Positions 9,245 to 18,548 of a DNA stretch of 50,349 bases are shown in pieces. The stretch is from a virus. Lineage: Duplodnaviria > Caudoviricetes. A program made the position numbers and the translations under genes. Under the pieces are notes generated by a model. That model was not told the DNA's origin and searched no databases. It saw only the letters and a list, made by a program, of their open reading frames with translations. Position 1 is the first letter of the stretch. The number at the start of each line of letters is the position of its first letter. The stretch spans positions 1-50,349 of the IMG/VR virus record IMGVR_UViG_3300034161_000019. One strand, given 5' to 3'.

Positions 9245-10062
9245 GGGTTTCGAGTGATTACAGGGGATCCAGCGGGCGACGGCGAGAGGTTGCTCACTGG
9301 AGCGATGACCTCAGCGGCCTGCATGGTTTGCGTAGTGGCGTAGTCGATCAGGTAGAACAGGTCAAGCCGGTAGAGCCCGGCCTTTTGAAGCTGGTCGGTC
9401 ATCAGCGAGCCGGCCGAACGGATGATCCCGTAGGAGCCGTCCGTGAAGTTGATGCTGTTGCCGTCGGACAGTGCTGAGTCGATCGGACTGGCGACGGCGT
9501 CACGCGCGATCGGGGTTGGTGCCCAGACGATGATCTGCACCGACTGCTCCTGGCGCTTCGTTTCCTTGTAGGCCACACCGAAACCACCGACCCGCGCAAA
9601 GACGTTGTGAGCGCCTGTCAGCGTGATAATCGGTCCAGAGCTGGAAGCGCCAGGGATCATCGATGCCAGCGCCGTAGAAGCACTCGTCAGCGTGTCCGTG
9701 AGCTGCATCGCGTAGACGTAGCTGACGCCGTTTAGGTTGATCATCAGGTTTTGCAGGCTGATGGTCCCGGACAGCGTAACGACCGAGCCAACCACCGCCA
9801 TGGCGACGGTATGGGTCGGCGTGGTCAGTTGCGTCCAGCTCCGCCCGATGTAACGGGTGGTCTTTCGGTCCTTGCCAGCCGGATAGACGCTGATATGCGC
9901 CGAGCCGGCCGCAAGGTCGGTTTCCAGCACGTTCGGAATCGGCCAGCCCGGGTAGACCCGGATTGGAATCCCTGCCGCGCTGGGCTGCCCGGTTCCGCTC
10001 GGGTAGGCGATGGCCGCGACCTGCGCCGCGACCTGTTTTAGTACGTCGGTCAGACTCGCCAT
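9241..10062 (-). CDS. Neck / tail terminator-like protein
   Basis: 273 aa; IRVYPGWP and SVQIIVWAPTPIARD; synteny between head-completion genes and sheath. Confidence 0.55.
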   Translation of the reverse strand: MASLTDVLKQVAAQVAAIAYPSGTGQPSAAGIPIRVYPGWPIPNVLETDLAAGSAHISVYPAGKDRKTTRYIGRSWTQLTTPTHTVAMAVVGSVVTLSGTISLQNLMINLNGVSYVYAMQLTDTLTSASTALASMIPGASSSGPIITLTGAHNVFARVGGFGVAYKETKRQEQSVQIIVWAPTPIARDAVASPIDSALSDGNSINFTDGSYGIIRSAGSLMTDQLQKAGLYRLDLFYLIDYATTQTMQAAEVIAPVSNLSPSPAGSPVITRNP

Positions 10063-10063
10063 A

Positions 10064-10702
10064 TCACACCTGTGCCTGCATTGCGGTGATGCGCCACCCC
10101 ATGTCCGTCAGCTCAGCACTCGAGATCACGTATTTGCGGCCCAATTCGTCGCGGACGATGTCGCTGGTCCGCAACACGACCCCAGGCCAGGCCGGCATCA
10201 GGATCAGCCACCATGGAGTCCGGACATCGCCCGGCAGGTTCGTCGGGTTCGATTCTCCTTTGGTGCCTTGCAGGACACTGGCCGGCCAACCCTGCATCAG
10301 GATTGCTTCATTGGCTGGCGTATCGCTCGCCCAGCCACCCAAGCCAACTCCCGCATCCATTCCGACGCGCAGTACCGAGACAACCCGGTTCGTCTGCACA
10401 CAGTAGATTGGAAGCGTGTCCTGCATCGCGGCGATGAAGAACGTGCCCTGATGGCCGACGAGGAAGTCGCCCGGCTCGAAGCTTCGACCGTCGAACAGGC
10501 CGAGCCAAGTAGCCTGACCGTACTTGTTCGGCGCGGAGTATTTGAAATTCGTGGTAAACGACGCAGACAGCGTCTGCAAAGCGGTTGACGTCAGCGGGTT
10601 ATAGGCGCTCGTAGCGCGGAATTGCTGGTAGTCGAAACCGATTCGCTTGGCGGCCTTGCCGTAACCGATGTGGATCTTGTCCTGAAGCTTCAGACCGTCC
10701 AT
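10064..10702 (-). CDS. Head closure / head-tail joining protein
   Basis: 212 aa from MDGLKLQDKI; C-terminal LRTSDIVRDELGRKYVISSAE; synteny. Confidence 0.55.
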   Translation of the reverse strand: MDGLKLQDKIHIGYGKAAKRIGFDYQQFRATSAYNPLTSTALQTLSASFTTNFKYSAPNKYGQATWLGLFDGRSFEPGDFLVGHQGTFFIAAMQDTLPIYCVQTNRVVSVLRVGMDAGVGLGGWASDTPANEAILMQGWPASVLQGTKGESNPTNLPGDVRTPWWLILMPAWPGVVLRTSDIVRDELGRKYVISSAELTDMGWRITAMQAQV

Positions 10703-10703
10703 G

Positions 10704-11096
10704 TCAGCCCCTTGCCAGGCTGATGCCGCCGTCGCCCAGTGATGGACCAGCAGGAACGCCGAGGAATCCACACAACTCGCGGCGCCAGATCCGGTACAGG
10801 CTCATGCGGTCGCGCACTTCGTTCTTGTTGTGCACCCAGACCGCCGCCTGATCCGTATCGAGGTTCTCGGTTGCAGACAAAACGTCAGTTTCGAGGCCGG
10901 CAATCTTGGTCAGGAACGACGCCATCGTGACGGCTTCTTCTGGCCGCAGGTTGTCGAGCCGGTGATTCAGCGTCTGCCAGATCATCGGTGCCACCCAGCC
11001 CCACGCCGTGTCGCGGCGGTCATCGAGCGTCACGTCACCCTGCATCGGGTAACCGGCGTAGCGGCGGGCGTCCGACTTTTGCTGATCAGTAAGCAT
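10704..11096 (-). CDS. Head-tail adaptor protein
   Basis: 130 aa helical ORF after the capsid module (MLTDQQKSDARRYAGYP). Confidence 0.6.
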   Translation of the reverse strand: MLTDQQKSDARRYAGYPMQGDVTLDDRRDTAWGWVAPMIWQTLNHRLDNLRPEEAVTMASFLTKIAGLETDVLSATENLDTDQAAVWVHNKNEVRDRMSLYRIWRRELCGFLGVPAGPSLGDGGISLARG

Positions 11097-11137
11097 GCTC
11101 GGCCCCTGCTAGTGTTGGTGGTCGCCGGTCTGGCGGA

Positions 11138-11278
11138 TTACTGCGAATTCTTGTCTTTCGACGGTTTCTTCTCGACGTACAGCTTGTGCACCGCTTCATC
11201 GAAGCTCGCGGCGTCGATCAGCACGTAGTCGCCCTGGTCTTCACTCCACGGCTGAACTTTGATTGGATCTTCGTTCAT
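11138..11278 (-). CDS. Small post-capsid protein (46 aa)
   Basis: GGAG SD, MNEDPIKVQPWSEDQGDYVLIDAASFDEAVHKLY. Confidence 0.6.
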   Translation of the reverse strand: MNEDPIKVQPWSEDQGDYVLIDAASFDEAVHKLYVEKKPSKDKNSQ

Positions 11279-11328
11279 GTGTTTCTCCAGAAAGGAATGG
11301 CCCGAGGCCGAAGCCCCGGGCGCAGTCA

Positions 11329-12483
11329 TCAGCCGAGCAGGATCGAGCAGTGCTCTGGCTTAACCATTGCAACGCCCCACGCAACAGCTACTTCGTACTG
11401 GATCTGACGGTATTGCTCGTAGATCGAGATTTCAAAGGTCAGGCCGCTCACCGGATCGGTGATCAGCATGCGATCTTTGGCGCTGTCGCCGCCGGCTGGC
11501 AGTGCAGGCGCGCGGGTGGCCAGCGCGATGGCCGACTTAGCGAACGCCATGTTGCGAGTTGCGGCAGCCACGATGGTGATCGCGGTGGCAGCAGCCGGGA
11601 TCGCTTTACGCAGGCCAGGAGCCGCCAAGGTGATAGCGCCACCGTTGGAGACGTCGGAATCGCCGGATGCGAGCAGGTATTTGTTGGTGTCGCCCGCGAA
11701 GGTGATGATGTCACCTGCCAGCAAGGTGCCAGTGCCTGCTACTGCCAGGGTGATGACGGTCGCGCCGACAGCGTAGCCTGCGGTATTGGTGGTGGACGAA
11801 GCACCAGTGCCCGCAACCACAGTCTTGACCTGGGCAGACTCACGAATCGCGAAACCGTGGATGTCCAGCAATACGCCGCGGCGCAGCATGCTGGTGTCGT
11901 CGGCTTCGTTGGCCTTGGTCAGCTGGGCCAGGGTGCGCATGTTCGCGCCGGCCGAGGTGTCGATGACCAGTTGGAGGTCGCTCATTGGGGCGCCGTTGTC
12001 GGCCAGGATCTTGCGCATCTGCGCCGGATCGGACAGGTTCGAGGCGAAAGGCGTCGAGCCGGCGGTGCCGTAAGCGCGGGAGGCTTTGGCATGCAGTCCG
12101 GCAAGGTCGGCTTCCATCTCATTGACCAGCGCACGCATGGCCTGGGTGAACTGGTCACGCAGGATGATGTTGTACGACGCGCCGTTGTTGTCCAGGCCGC
12201 GCTTTTCCTCGCCGTTCCAGCGCACCGGTACTCGGCGAGCCTTCTGGATGGTCATCGACACGGAGCCAATGGTCTGGTCGCCGTCGTTCGGCGGGGTCAC
12301 TGCCGGAGTGATGTCGGATGCAGTTGCAGCCGGCGCCACTGGGGAGGTGACGGTTTGGCCTACAGCGGCGCGGTCAAAGGTCATGTCGGACGACACTGCC
12401 GGCACGAAGCCGACCAGTTCGCGAGACACTTTGTCCATCGCGTTGTAGATCGTGGTTGTCAGGCCGGTGAGAGTGTTGCTCAT
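11329..12483 (-). CDS. Major capsid protein (P22 gp5 coat-like)
   Basis: 384 aa; MSNTLTGL..VSRELVGFVPAV, Thr/Ala/Gly-rich insertion domain, C-terminal AWGVAMVKPEH; follows scaffold gene. Confidence 0.85.
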   Translation of the reverse strand: MSNTLTGLTTTIYNAMDKVSRELVGFVPAVSSDMTFDRAAVGQTVTSPVAPAATASDITPAVTPPNDGDQTIGSVSMTIQKARRVPVRWNGEEKRGLDNNGASYNIILRDQFTQAMRALVNEMEADLAGLHAKASRAYGTAGSTPFASNLSDPAQMRKILADNGAPMSDLQLVIDTSAGANMRTLAQLTKANEADDTSMLRRGVLLDIHGFAIRESAQVKTVVAGTGASSTTNTAGYAVGATVITLAVAGTGTLLAGDIITFAGDTNKYLLASGDSDVSNGGAITLAAPGLRKAIPAAATAITIVAAATRNMAFAKSAIALATRAPALPAGGDSAKDRMLITDPVSGLTFEISIYEQYRQIQYEVAVAWGVAMVKPEHCSILLG

Positions 12484-12499
12484 GGATTGCTCCTAGGGA

Positions 12500-13258
12500 T
12501 CATTCGGTCAATTCACCGCCCGCAGTGATGTGTGCATGCCTGCCCTGAGGGTCAAGTGCATCAAACTGCGCGCGCGTGATGGTTTTTTTGCCTTGGCCGC
12601 CATTCCCACCGTTGTTCGAAGCGCCAGAGCCAGAAGCCCCAGTGCCCTTCAAGATGTGATCGCGGTGCGGGTATTGCTCAACGAGGGTTTCAACTGCTTC
12701 ATCGAAGTCAGCGATCTCGCCAGGACGGGTACGGCTGTAGATTTTCTGGCCGTGTTGGTCGTAGGCGACGGGCTTGCCATCCTCGACTTTGAAGGCGGCG
12801 CCGAATTTGGACTGGACCAGGTCTGCGGGGATTGCCAGCTTGTCCGCGATGTACTTGGAACGGCTGAATGCACCGCCGATCTTTTCTTCGTAGAGTTGCT
12901 TTTCGAAGGTCTGCGCCTTGGTGGACCACTCATCAACCTGGCCTTGAAAGGCTTTGCTGATTTCGTTGCGCACCACGTCGATCTCGCCGGCATCCACCAG
13001 CTTTTTTTGATCGAGTTTCGACACGATTTCGAGGGCCTTCTTGGCGGCAGCACCATCCGTGATCCCCTCGAAGGCTTTCAGAGCGGTTTCAGCCGTCTCC
13101 TTGCCTTCGCGGTGTGACTTGGCTTCTGCATTCAGGCGGGTGATGGTGTTGACGGTGCCGGGAGCGTCGAAAGGGACCTCCTTGCCATCGTCGTGCACAT
13201 ACACAGGCTTGCCGTCTTGCAGAACTGCGTGGCCTTGGTCATCCAATTTCAGTTTCAA
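12500..13258 (-). CDS. Capsid scaffolding protein
   Basis: TTG start after GGAG SD; KLKLDDQGHAVLQDGKPVYVHDDGKEVPFDA; coiled coil; C-terminal ITRAQFDAL. Confidence 0.75.
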   Translation of the reverse strand: MKLKLDDQGHAVLQDGKPVYVHDDGKEVPFDAPGTVNTITRLNAEAKSHREGKETAETALKAFEGITDGAAAKKALEIVSKLDQKKLVDAGEIDVVRNEISKAFQGQVDEWSTKAQTFEKQLYEEKIGGAFSRSKYIADKLAIPADLVQSKFGAAFKVEDGKPVAYDQHGQKIYSRTRPGEIADFDEAVETLVEQYPHRDHILKGTGASGSGASNNGGNGGQGKKTITRAQFDALDPQGRHAHITAGGELTE

Positions 13259-13336
13259 AGTGATATCTCCAGGCATCCGCCCATTTGTTGAGCCATCCGG
13301 CCCGCTGCGGCGCTATCCATCCGGAATCGCGCCCAT

Positions 13337-13363
13337 AAAAAAGCCCCGGCGAGTGCCAGGGCT
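13337..13363 (-). terminator. Intrinsic terminator after portal gene
   Basis: AGCCCTGGC-ACTC-GCCGGGGCT followed by TTTTT. Confidence 0.7.
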
Positions 13364-13378
13364 GTATTCGGTGTTCGT

Positions 13379-14767
13379 TTATTGCTGCGGGGGTTGGGTG
13401 GGTTCAGGCATAGGCTGTGTTGCGACCTTGGCCTTTTCCTCATCCCAATCGATCTCATCGCTGAGCAGACCGCGGCGCTGCACTTCCTCGAACAGGCTTT
13501 GATCGGACAGAATTCGCGCCTTGTTGAGGCTCAACAGGAACGGCATGGTCAGCTCGGGGGCGAAATCGATGTCGAAGTTACCCTTGACTTTGACGTGTCC
13601 GCCGTCTTCGATCTTCATCCAAAGCGCGAAGTAGTGGAGAACCTGGTCAAGTGCGTCCTCGAGCTGCCCAGCCATGGTTTGCAGCGGACTCATCTCCTGA
13701 GCCGCCTCCTCCTCTGACTGGGAGGCCGTCTTGACGGTCTGCTTTTCCTTCTGGAGCAGTTTGGCCCCAGCAAGGCGCATATCCTCGACCAGATCCAGCA
13801 GCGATTGGCGACCAGCTTCGATGGCCTTGCCGGTATGCTCGACCCACTTCATGTCGCAGTTGGCCGGTAGACGCGTAGCCGCTCCTGCGCCGACGGTGAT
13901 CGATTCGCCTTCATCCAGCCCAATCACAGCCAGCATCGGCACCCGGGCAACGTGCAGGATGTTGTCCTGATCGCTTTGTGACTGCCAATGCTTGATGTTC
14001 ATGTTCGCCAGCTCGAGGAGCGGCGGCGTGGCGGCGAGGAAGCCGGTGCGTTTGGTGTAGAAAGTGGTAAGCGGAATGACGTCGAGGCTGGTCAGCCCTT
14101 CAGCGTTCAACTGCCAGGTCTTCTGGCCCTTGCCGTCATCGACTTCGATGTAGGTGGACCAGGAGCCAGGTTCCAGCACGCGGATCTGTTCAACGTCCTT
14201 GGTGCCGAACTCGCCGTCGTCAACCGAAACGCACTCCTTGTACCGGAACTGCGTCAGCACCTGCTCGCCAGATTTGTTTGCTGAGCGCCAGCCAAGCACT
14301 TGGCCAGGCTTGATGACCACCGCGTAAGGCCGAACCCCTGCCGACTTCTCGTCAGCCTTGGTTTTCAGCCCTTCAGCTTGCGGGTGATCGACCAGCACAT
14401 GGAAAATTCCATGGGACAGGCCGCCGCTGAACAGTGACTGAGCCCAGACCTGCAGGTTGTTGCCCTGGAGGTCGAAGTCCTCGGCCATTTCCTTGATTTG
14501 GTCCGGCACGTCGTCGGTGAGCGTGATCGGATCAGCGAAGACGCGGCCGGTCATGTTCTGCACCGTCTCGCTCAGAGCAGGGAGTAGCGTCGAAGCCTTG
14601 AGCCGTGACTGATAAGCGTCCGGCTCTTCCTTTGGCCACTTCGGCAGGAACTGAGTGTTCGCTGCACGCATCGCCCTGGTGCCACCCATGAGCGCGTCGA
14701 TGATGGCCCAGTCTTCGCGCATGTCATCGACGACCTTGAGCGTTTTGCTTGGATCGTCACTGCTCAT
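13379..14767 (-). CDS. Portal protein (DUF4055-type)
   Basis: 462 aa after TerL; LMGGTRAMR, YQSRL, PPLLELANMNIKHWQSQSDQDNILHVARVP motifs. Confidence 0.85.
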   Translation of the reverse strand: MSSDDPSKTLKVVDDMREDWAIIDALMGGTRAMRAANTQFLPKWPKEEPDAYQSRLKASTLLPALSETVQNMTGRVFADPITLTDDVPDQIKEMAEDFDLQGNNLQVWAQSLFSGGLSHGIFHVLVDHPQAEGLKTKADEKSAGVRPYAVVIKPGQVLGWRSANKSGEQVLTQFRYKECVSVDDGEFGTKDVEQIRVLEPGSWSTYIEVDDGKGQKTWQLNAEGLTSLDVIPLTTFYTKRTGFLAATPPLLELANMNIKHWQSQSDQDNILHVARVPMLAVIGLDEGESITVGAGAATRLPANCDMKWVEHTGKAIEAGRQSLLDLVEDMRLAGAKLLQKEKQTVKTASQSEEEAAQEMSPLQTMAGQLEDALDQVLHYFALWMKIEDGGHVKVKGNFDIDFAPELTMPFLLSLNKARILSDQSLFEEVQRRGLLSDEIDWDEEKAKVATQPMPEPTQPPQQ

Positions 14768-14769
14768 AA

Positions 14770-16089
14770 TTACATTCTCAGAGGTTCTTGGGTGGCGGTG
14801 CGCGTTTTAATCGGATAGCGCTTCGCAATGAAGTAGCCCGCTGCGTCGTTCATGTGGTCGTGACCCTTCTTCGGATCTTTGTCAGGCTCGCCCTTGTCGG
14901 TGTAGGTCTGACGCTCCAGGCACATGGTGAGCTGGGGGCATTGGTCAATGTTGACCTTGAGCCGGCGCTCGCCGTAGGTGTTCAGGAACATGGCGTTCAC
15001 AGAGTTGACGCGATCTTTCACGCCCGGGTTGGTTGAGTCGACGACGACGGTGAAGCCAGCCTTCTTCAGAAGCGACAGGTCCGACTCACTGGCGTTCTTG
15101 CTGCTGGTGTTCTGGCCGCTAGCGTCTGGGTAGACCGCTATGCCGTGGCCCTGGAAGCGCGCCTGGATCTTCTCGATCATCTCTGGCGTGTCGCGCACTC
15201 CGTGAAACTCGTCCAGGGCCAGGGGGAGTCCGTCGCGCACGACGTAAACCACGGCCGCCATCTTCATGACGTTGAAGTCCATACCGATATGCAGGGCTTC
15301 ATCGGGCTTGATTCGCTCATTGGTGCGGCACTCGACACGATTGAACGTGTAGTAAACGACACCCGAATAGCTCTCAAACCCCGCCTCGTATTCTTGGCGA
15401 AAGGTGCGCGGGTCCATCTTCCGGCAAGCGGCCTCAAGCTCTTCTGGGGGGACGTTGCCACCCTGAAGCGAGGTGTATTGCCAGCTTTTGTGGTCAGGCT
15501 CGCCGCCTTCCTGCCCGTCACGATAGGTGTCGTAGCAATGGTTGAATCCTTTTGGCGTGCCAATGCGCAACGCATGGCCACCTTTGCGCAAGCCGATGCC
15601 GGGAACCGAGTATTGACAGGTCGATAGCATCGGGCGCAGGACTTCTTCCCAGGCTGCGTACTTGCAGTCGGCCCATTCATCCACCAGGGCGAAGAACAGG
15701 CCGGACCCACGCAGGTCATCGTAATTGTCGAGGCCGACGCAGCGCATGACGTGGCCAGACTTCAGCACGATCGAGCATTCCGTCTCGTTAGGGCGAGACT
15801 CACGCCAGGCGGCAGGAATCGCCTGCTTCAGCCGGCGCCAGAACACGCGCTTAGCCTGTTTGAACGTCGGCGCGCAATACCAGATCTCATCCTCGACGCT
15901 AACGCCCCATTCCGCAGCTAGGCGGGCAGCACGGCGCATCTCAGCCTTGCCGAGGAACGTCTTGCCAAACCGGCGGCCACACACGGCATCACGGAAGCGC
16001 GCTTCAGGCTGGAAGCCCCAGCAGTAAATGTTCGCCTGCTTCGGCGTCAATTTGACCGGCGAGTCAAAGGTGCGGGGTAGTCGGGACAT
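14770..16089 (-). CDS. terL: Terminase large subunit
   Basis: Walker A CGRRFGKT, Walker B ALVDE, coupling motif GTPKG, nuclease GMDFN and DHMNDA. Confidence 0.95.
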   Translation of the reverse strand: MSRLPRTFDSPVKLTPKQANIYCWGFQPEARFRDAVCGRRFGKTFLGKAEMRRAARLAAEWGVSVEDEIWYCAPTFKQAKRVFWRRLKQAIPAAWRESRPNETECSIVLKSGHVMRCVGLDNYDDLRGSGLFFALVDEWADCKYAAWEEVLRPMLSTCQYSVPGIGLRKGGHALRIGTPKGFNHCYDTYRDGQEGGEPDHKSWQYTSLQGGNVPPEELEAACRKMDPRTFRQEYEAGFESYSGVVYYTFNRVECRTNERIKPDEALHIGMDFNVMKMAAVVYVVRDGLPLALDEFHGVRDTPEMIEKIQARFQGHGIAVYPDASGQNTSSKNASESDLSLLKKAGFTVVVDSTNPGVKDRVNSVNAMFLNTYGERRLKVNIDQCPQLTMCLERQTYTDKGEPDKDPKKGHDHMNDAAGYFIAKRYPIKTRTATQEPLRM

Positions 16090-16540
16090 TCTCGTCTGGC
16101 TCCAGCGTGTACTCAGCAACGGCGTGCTGCTGATCCGCCTGGGAGCCCAGGGGCTTTTCAGGTTCAAGGCGGCGATTCATATAGACATCGCCCACCTCTT
16201 TGGCGGCCTGCTCCAACAACTGGGCAGTCAGCGCCATGTTCTTCATGTTCTCGGCTTTCTCAGCCATTCGGCCAAGTGCTCTGAGTCGATATGCTCTGTT
16301 GGCGATCGGGATCTCGGCAGTCTCTTCACGGAATCGCTTGCGGGTGTCGTGAAACAGCGTCACCCACTTCGCAGCCAGCCCCTTGCTCGAAGCCTTTGTC
16401 GGGTCATGGCTTTCAACCTGCTGGCGAGTCAGAACCACGCCGAATTCGTTCTTGACGGCCTCGACCACCTGAGAGGGTGTGTCAAAGCACGCCAGAGCCT
16501 GAACGATGAAGCTCTTCACCTCATTTTTCAGGGCCGCCAT
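16064..16540 (-). CDS. terS: Terminase small subunit (DUF2280-type)
   Basis: MAALKNEVKSFIVQALACFDTPSQVVEAVK HTH-like start; overlaps terL. Confidence 0.8.
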   Translation of the reverse strand: MAALKNEVKSFIVQALACFDTPSQVVEAVKNEFGVVLTRQQVESHDPTKASSKGLAAKWVTLFHDTRKRFREETAEIPIANRAYRLRALGRMAEKAENMKNMALTAQLLEQAAKEVGDVYMNRRLEPEKPLGSQADQQHAVAEYTLEPDENVPTTPHL

Positions 16541-16571
16541 AAATTCTTATCCGTCTAGAGCCTGTCTAGAG

Positions 16572-17195
16572 TCAGGCGGACTTGAGCAGACAGGTCCCGC
16601 AAGCCCTCGCAATATTCAATTTGCCTACCTCAGCAGGTTTGTTTGCAGCATCCACCAACACCTGAACGTCTTCGCTCGCACCGTAGCGGCGAACCACTCC
16701 GACGAACTCTTCAGCGTCGTGGCCGCGCATCTCAAGCTTGGGCAATCCTTCCTGCGTGAACTTGGGAGCACCGTACCCATCCTTCGCTTGAGCGATGTGG
16801 TAGCACTCGTGTTCAGCCAGGGCGCAGAAGTCGATATCCGAGCACTCGGCGCAGTAGTCAGCAGCCAGGGTGATGATGTAGGCCGGCACCCGGCCGAACC
16901 AATCGAACATCTGCTGTTCCATTCGGGCCTTCTGCCATCCACCAGCACGGAACGCTACCTGCTCAGCCTGGCCCAACACAAAGCGCCCTTGCTTGCCGAA
17001 CCCTGATGAGGCCCAGAGGAAGCAGATGTCAGCATCGATCAAGTGAGCGTGGTCTTCGTTGTGCAGCTCTCCGTCAATGGAGAACACCTGAGTCTGGAGC
17101 CACTCAAGTACCTCTGGCGCAGGGATGAGCCTCAGGCCCAACTCAGCTAACTCCGAGAGCTCAAGGATCGACGCAGGAGGCATTGGGCGAATCAC
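16572..17195 (-). CDS. Putative phage metallopeptidase
   Basis: HECYH (HExxH) and GHDAEEFVGVVRRYG motifs; typical position upstream of terS. Confidence 0.75.
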   Translation of the reverse strand: MIRPMPPASILELSELAELGLRLIPAPEVLEWLQTQVFSIDGELHNEDHAHLIDADICFLWASSGFGKQGRFVLGQAEQVAFRAGGWQKARMEQQMFDWFGRVPAYIITLAADYCAECSDIDFCALAEHECYHIAQAKDGYGAPKFTQEGLPKLEMRGHDAEEFVGVVRRYGASEDVQVLVDAANKPAEVGKLNIARACGTCLLKSA

Positions 17196-17623
17196 GACTC
17201 GACCTTCACGGTGAGCGTTCTGATCTTTCCGCCAGTGCAGCTATCACGCTTCATGGCCATCTCTACGGCTTGGTAGGCAGATGCGCCCATGTCCATTGCT
17301 GTGAGGGCGTGAACTGAGCCTGAGCCGATTGCGTAGGGCCTGTCAGCGAGCACAACGCTCTTCCAGACACCTTCGCCATCGTTGTGACCGATACACCAGA
17401 CGCCCTTTGCATCGACCATCAATGCACTTGCACCAATGTTCACGAGCTCAGCGCCGAGGTAGGCATCAATGAGTCGGGAGTAGTCAGCCGTGTAACCAGC
17501 CATCACAAACTTGATGCCGTCGCGCTCTACGCACTTGTCGTAGTCGTCGTAGGAGATCACTGAGCCGCTGGTGACTCGACCGTCATAGGCGATCACGCCG
17601 TCTTTGTAGGCAATGGTCGTCAT
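17192..17623 (-). CDS. Ntn-hydrolase (HslV / proteasome-beta-like) peptidase
   Basis: N-terminal M-TTIA, DGRVTSG, AIGSG, DSCTGG. Confidence 0.75.
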   Translation of the reverse strand: MTTIAYKDGVIAYDGRVTSGSVISYDDYDKCVERDGIKFVMAGYTADYSRLIDAYLGAELVNIGASALMVDAKGVWCIGHNDGEGVWKSVVLADRPYAIGSGSVHALTAMDMGASAYQAVEMAMKRDSCTGGKIRTLTVKVES

Positions 17624-17627
17624 GGGT

Positions 17628-17780
17628 TCACCCTATCTTTATGCCGCGCAACACCGTGGCTACGACACGATCATAGTCAGGCTCAAGGCCTGTTAACTCG
17701 GACATGATCCGCACGCCAGTCAGGTAGGGGTTAACCCACCACGCGAGCTTTATGCTCACAGTGATGCTCGTGGTGCTCAT
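17628..17780 (-). CDS. Small hypothetical protein (paralog of 17989..18165)
   Basis: 50 aa, ATGA-coupled to the upstream gene; WW..Y..GV...GLE.D pattern. Confidence 0.6.
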   Translation of the reverse strand: MSTTSITVSIKLAWWVNPYLTGVRIMSELTGLEPDYDRVVATVLRGIKIG

Positions 17781-17992
17781 TCGATAGGCCTCACAATGAT
17801 CTTCCCCCATACCGGATGGATATCCACTGTTTCGCCATCAGAAGAATGCAGGGGTTGATCAGCCACCACTGCAACGCCAGCAAGCGTGTCGCACCAGATG
17901 ACATGATTCAGTTCTGATCCATCCAAGATGACAAGTCTTCGGCCCCGCCCATCACCTGCGTGGTGCACATGGGCACCATATGGTTCGCTCAT
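17777..17992 (-). CDS. Hypothetical protein
   Basis: 71 aa, ATGA overlaps at both ends. Confidence 0.6.
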   Translation of the reverse strand: MSEPYGAHVHHAGDGRGRRLVILDGSELNHVIWCDTLAGVAVVADQPLHSSDGETVDIHPVWGKIIVRPIE

Positions 17993-18165
17993 TGGCTCGC
18001 CTCGTCAGTAGGGATGATCTCGCGGTATCGCTTGGCAATGCGCGCCTGGGCCTGCAGCTTCTCTTCATCGGCTTCAAGGCCGGCGAGATAGGCGAAGGTG
18101 TGCACGCCAACGACGTAAAGCCTGAACCACCACGGGTAGTAGGCCTTCAATGTGAGCGTTGCCAT
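17989..18165 (-). CDS. Small hypothetical protein (paralog of 17628..17780)
   Basis: 58 aa, MATLTLKAYYPWWFRLYVVGV...GLEAD. Confidence 0.6.
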   Translation of the reverse strand: MATLTLKAYYPWWFRLYVVGVHTFAYLAGLEADEEKLQAQARIAKRYREIIPTDEASQ

Positions 18166-18281
18166 GGCGTCACCGCGCGGGATCTGCAATGCATTGCGCA
18201 ACTACCGAGGATTCCTAGGTAGTTTGAGCAATCTATTGCGTGTAGAGAGTGGCGCCCGCACGAAGCCTGGCACCCTTTGGT

Positions 18282-18548
18282 TTAACAGATGACCTGGATC
18301 GGTTGGCCGAGGTATGTCTCACCGCTCGCAACACGGCAGGCCTTGCCGATAGCATCAGCAATGTCGCGCGAGCGTGCCCCTGGTGGGAAACTGATACTCG
18401 GGTTGATCTTGAATTCAGGCGTAACCTTCACGAATACCGTCTTCAGGTGCTCGGCGATCGACCGCCATTGCTCGGGCGATGGCTGCTCCATGGATGGATT
18501 CAGTTCGGCGAACCCGTTCAACCAATAGGCGAACTGCTCGGGCGTCAT
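18282..18548 (-). CDS. Hypothetical phage protein
   Basis: MTPEQFAYWLNGFAEL...EHLKTVFVKVTP, a recognisable small phage-protein pattern; ATGA-coupled. Confidence 0.65.
   Translation of the reverse strand: MTPEQFAYWLNGFAELNPSMEQPSPEQWRSIAEHLKTVFVKVTPEFKINPSISFPPGARSRDIADAIGKACRVASGETYLGQPIQVIC

Noticed and set aside
7969-12528. Long + strand ORFs (e.g. 7969..9153, 11263..12528)
   Set aside because: Shadow frames of GC-rich sheath and capsid genes, with no SD or protein-like motifs.
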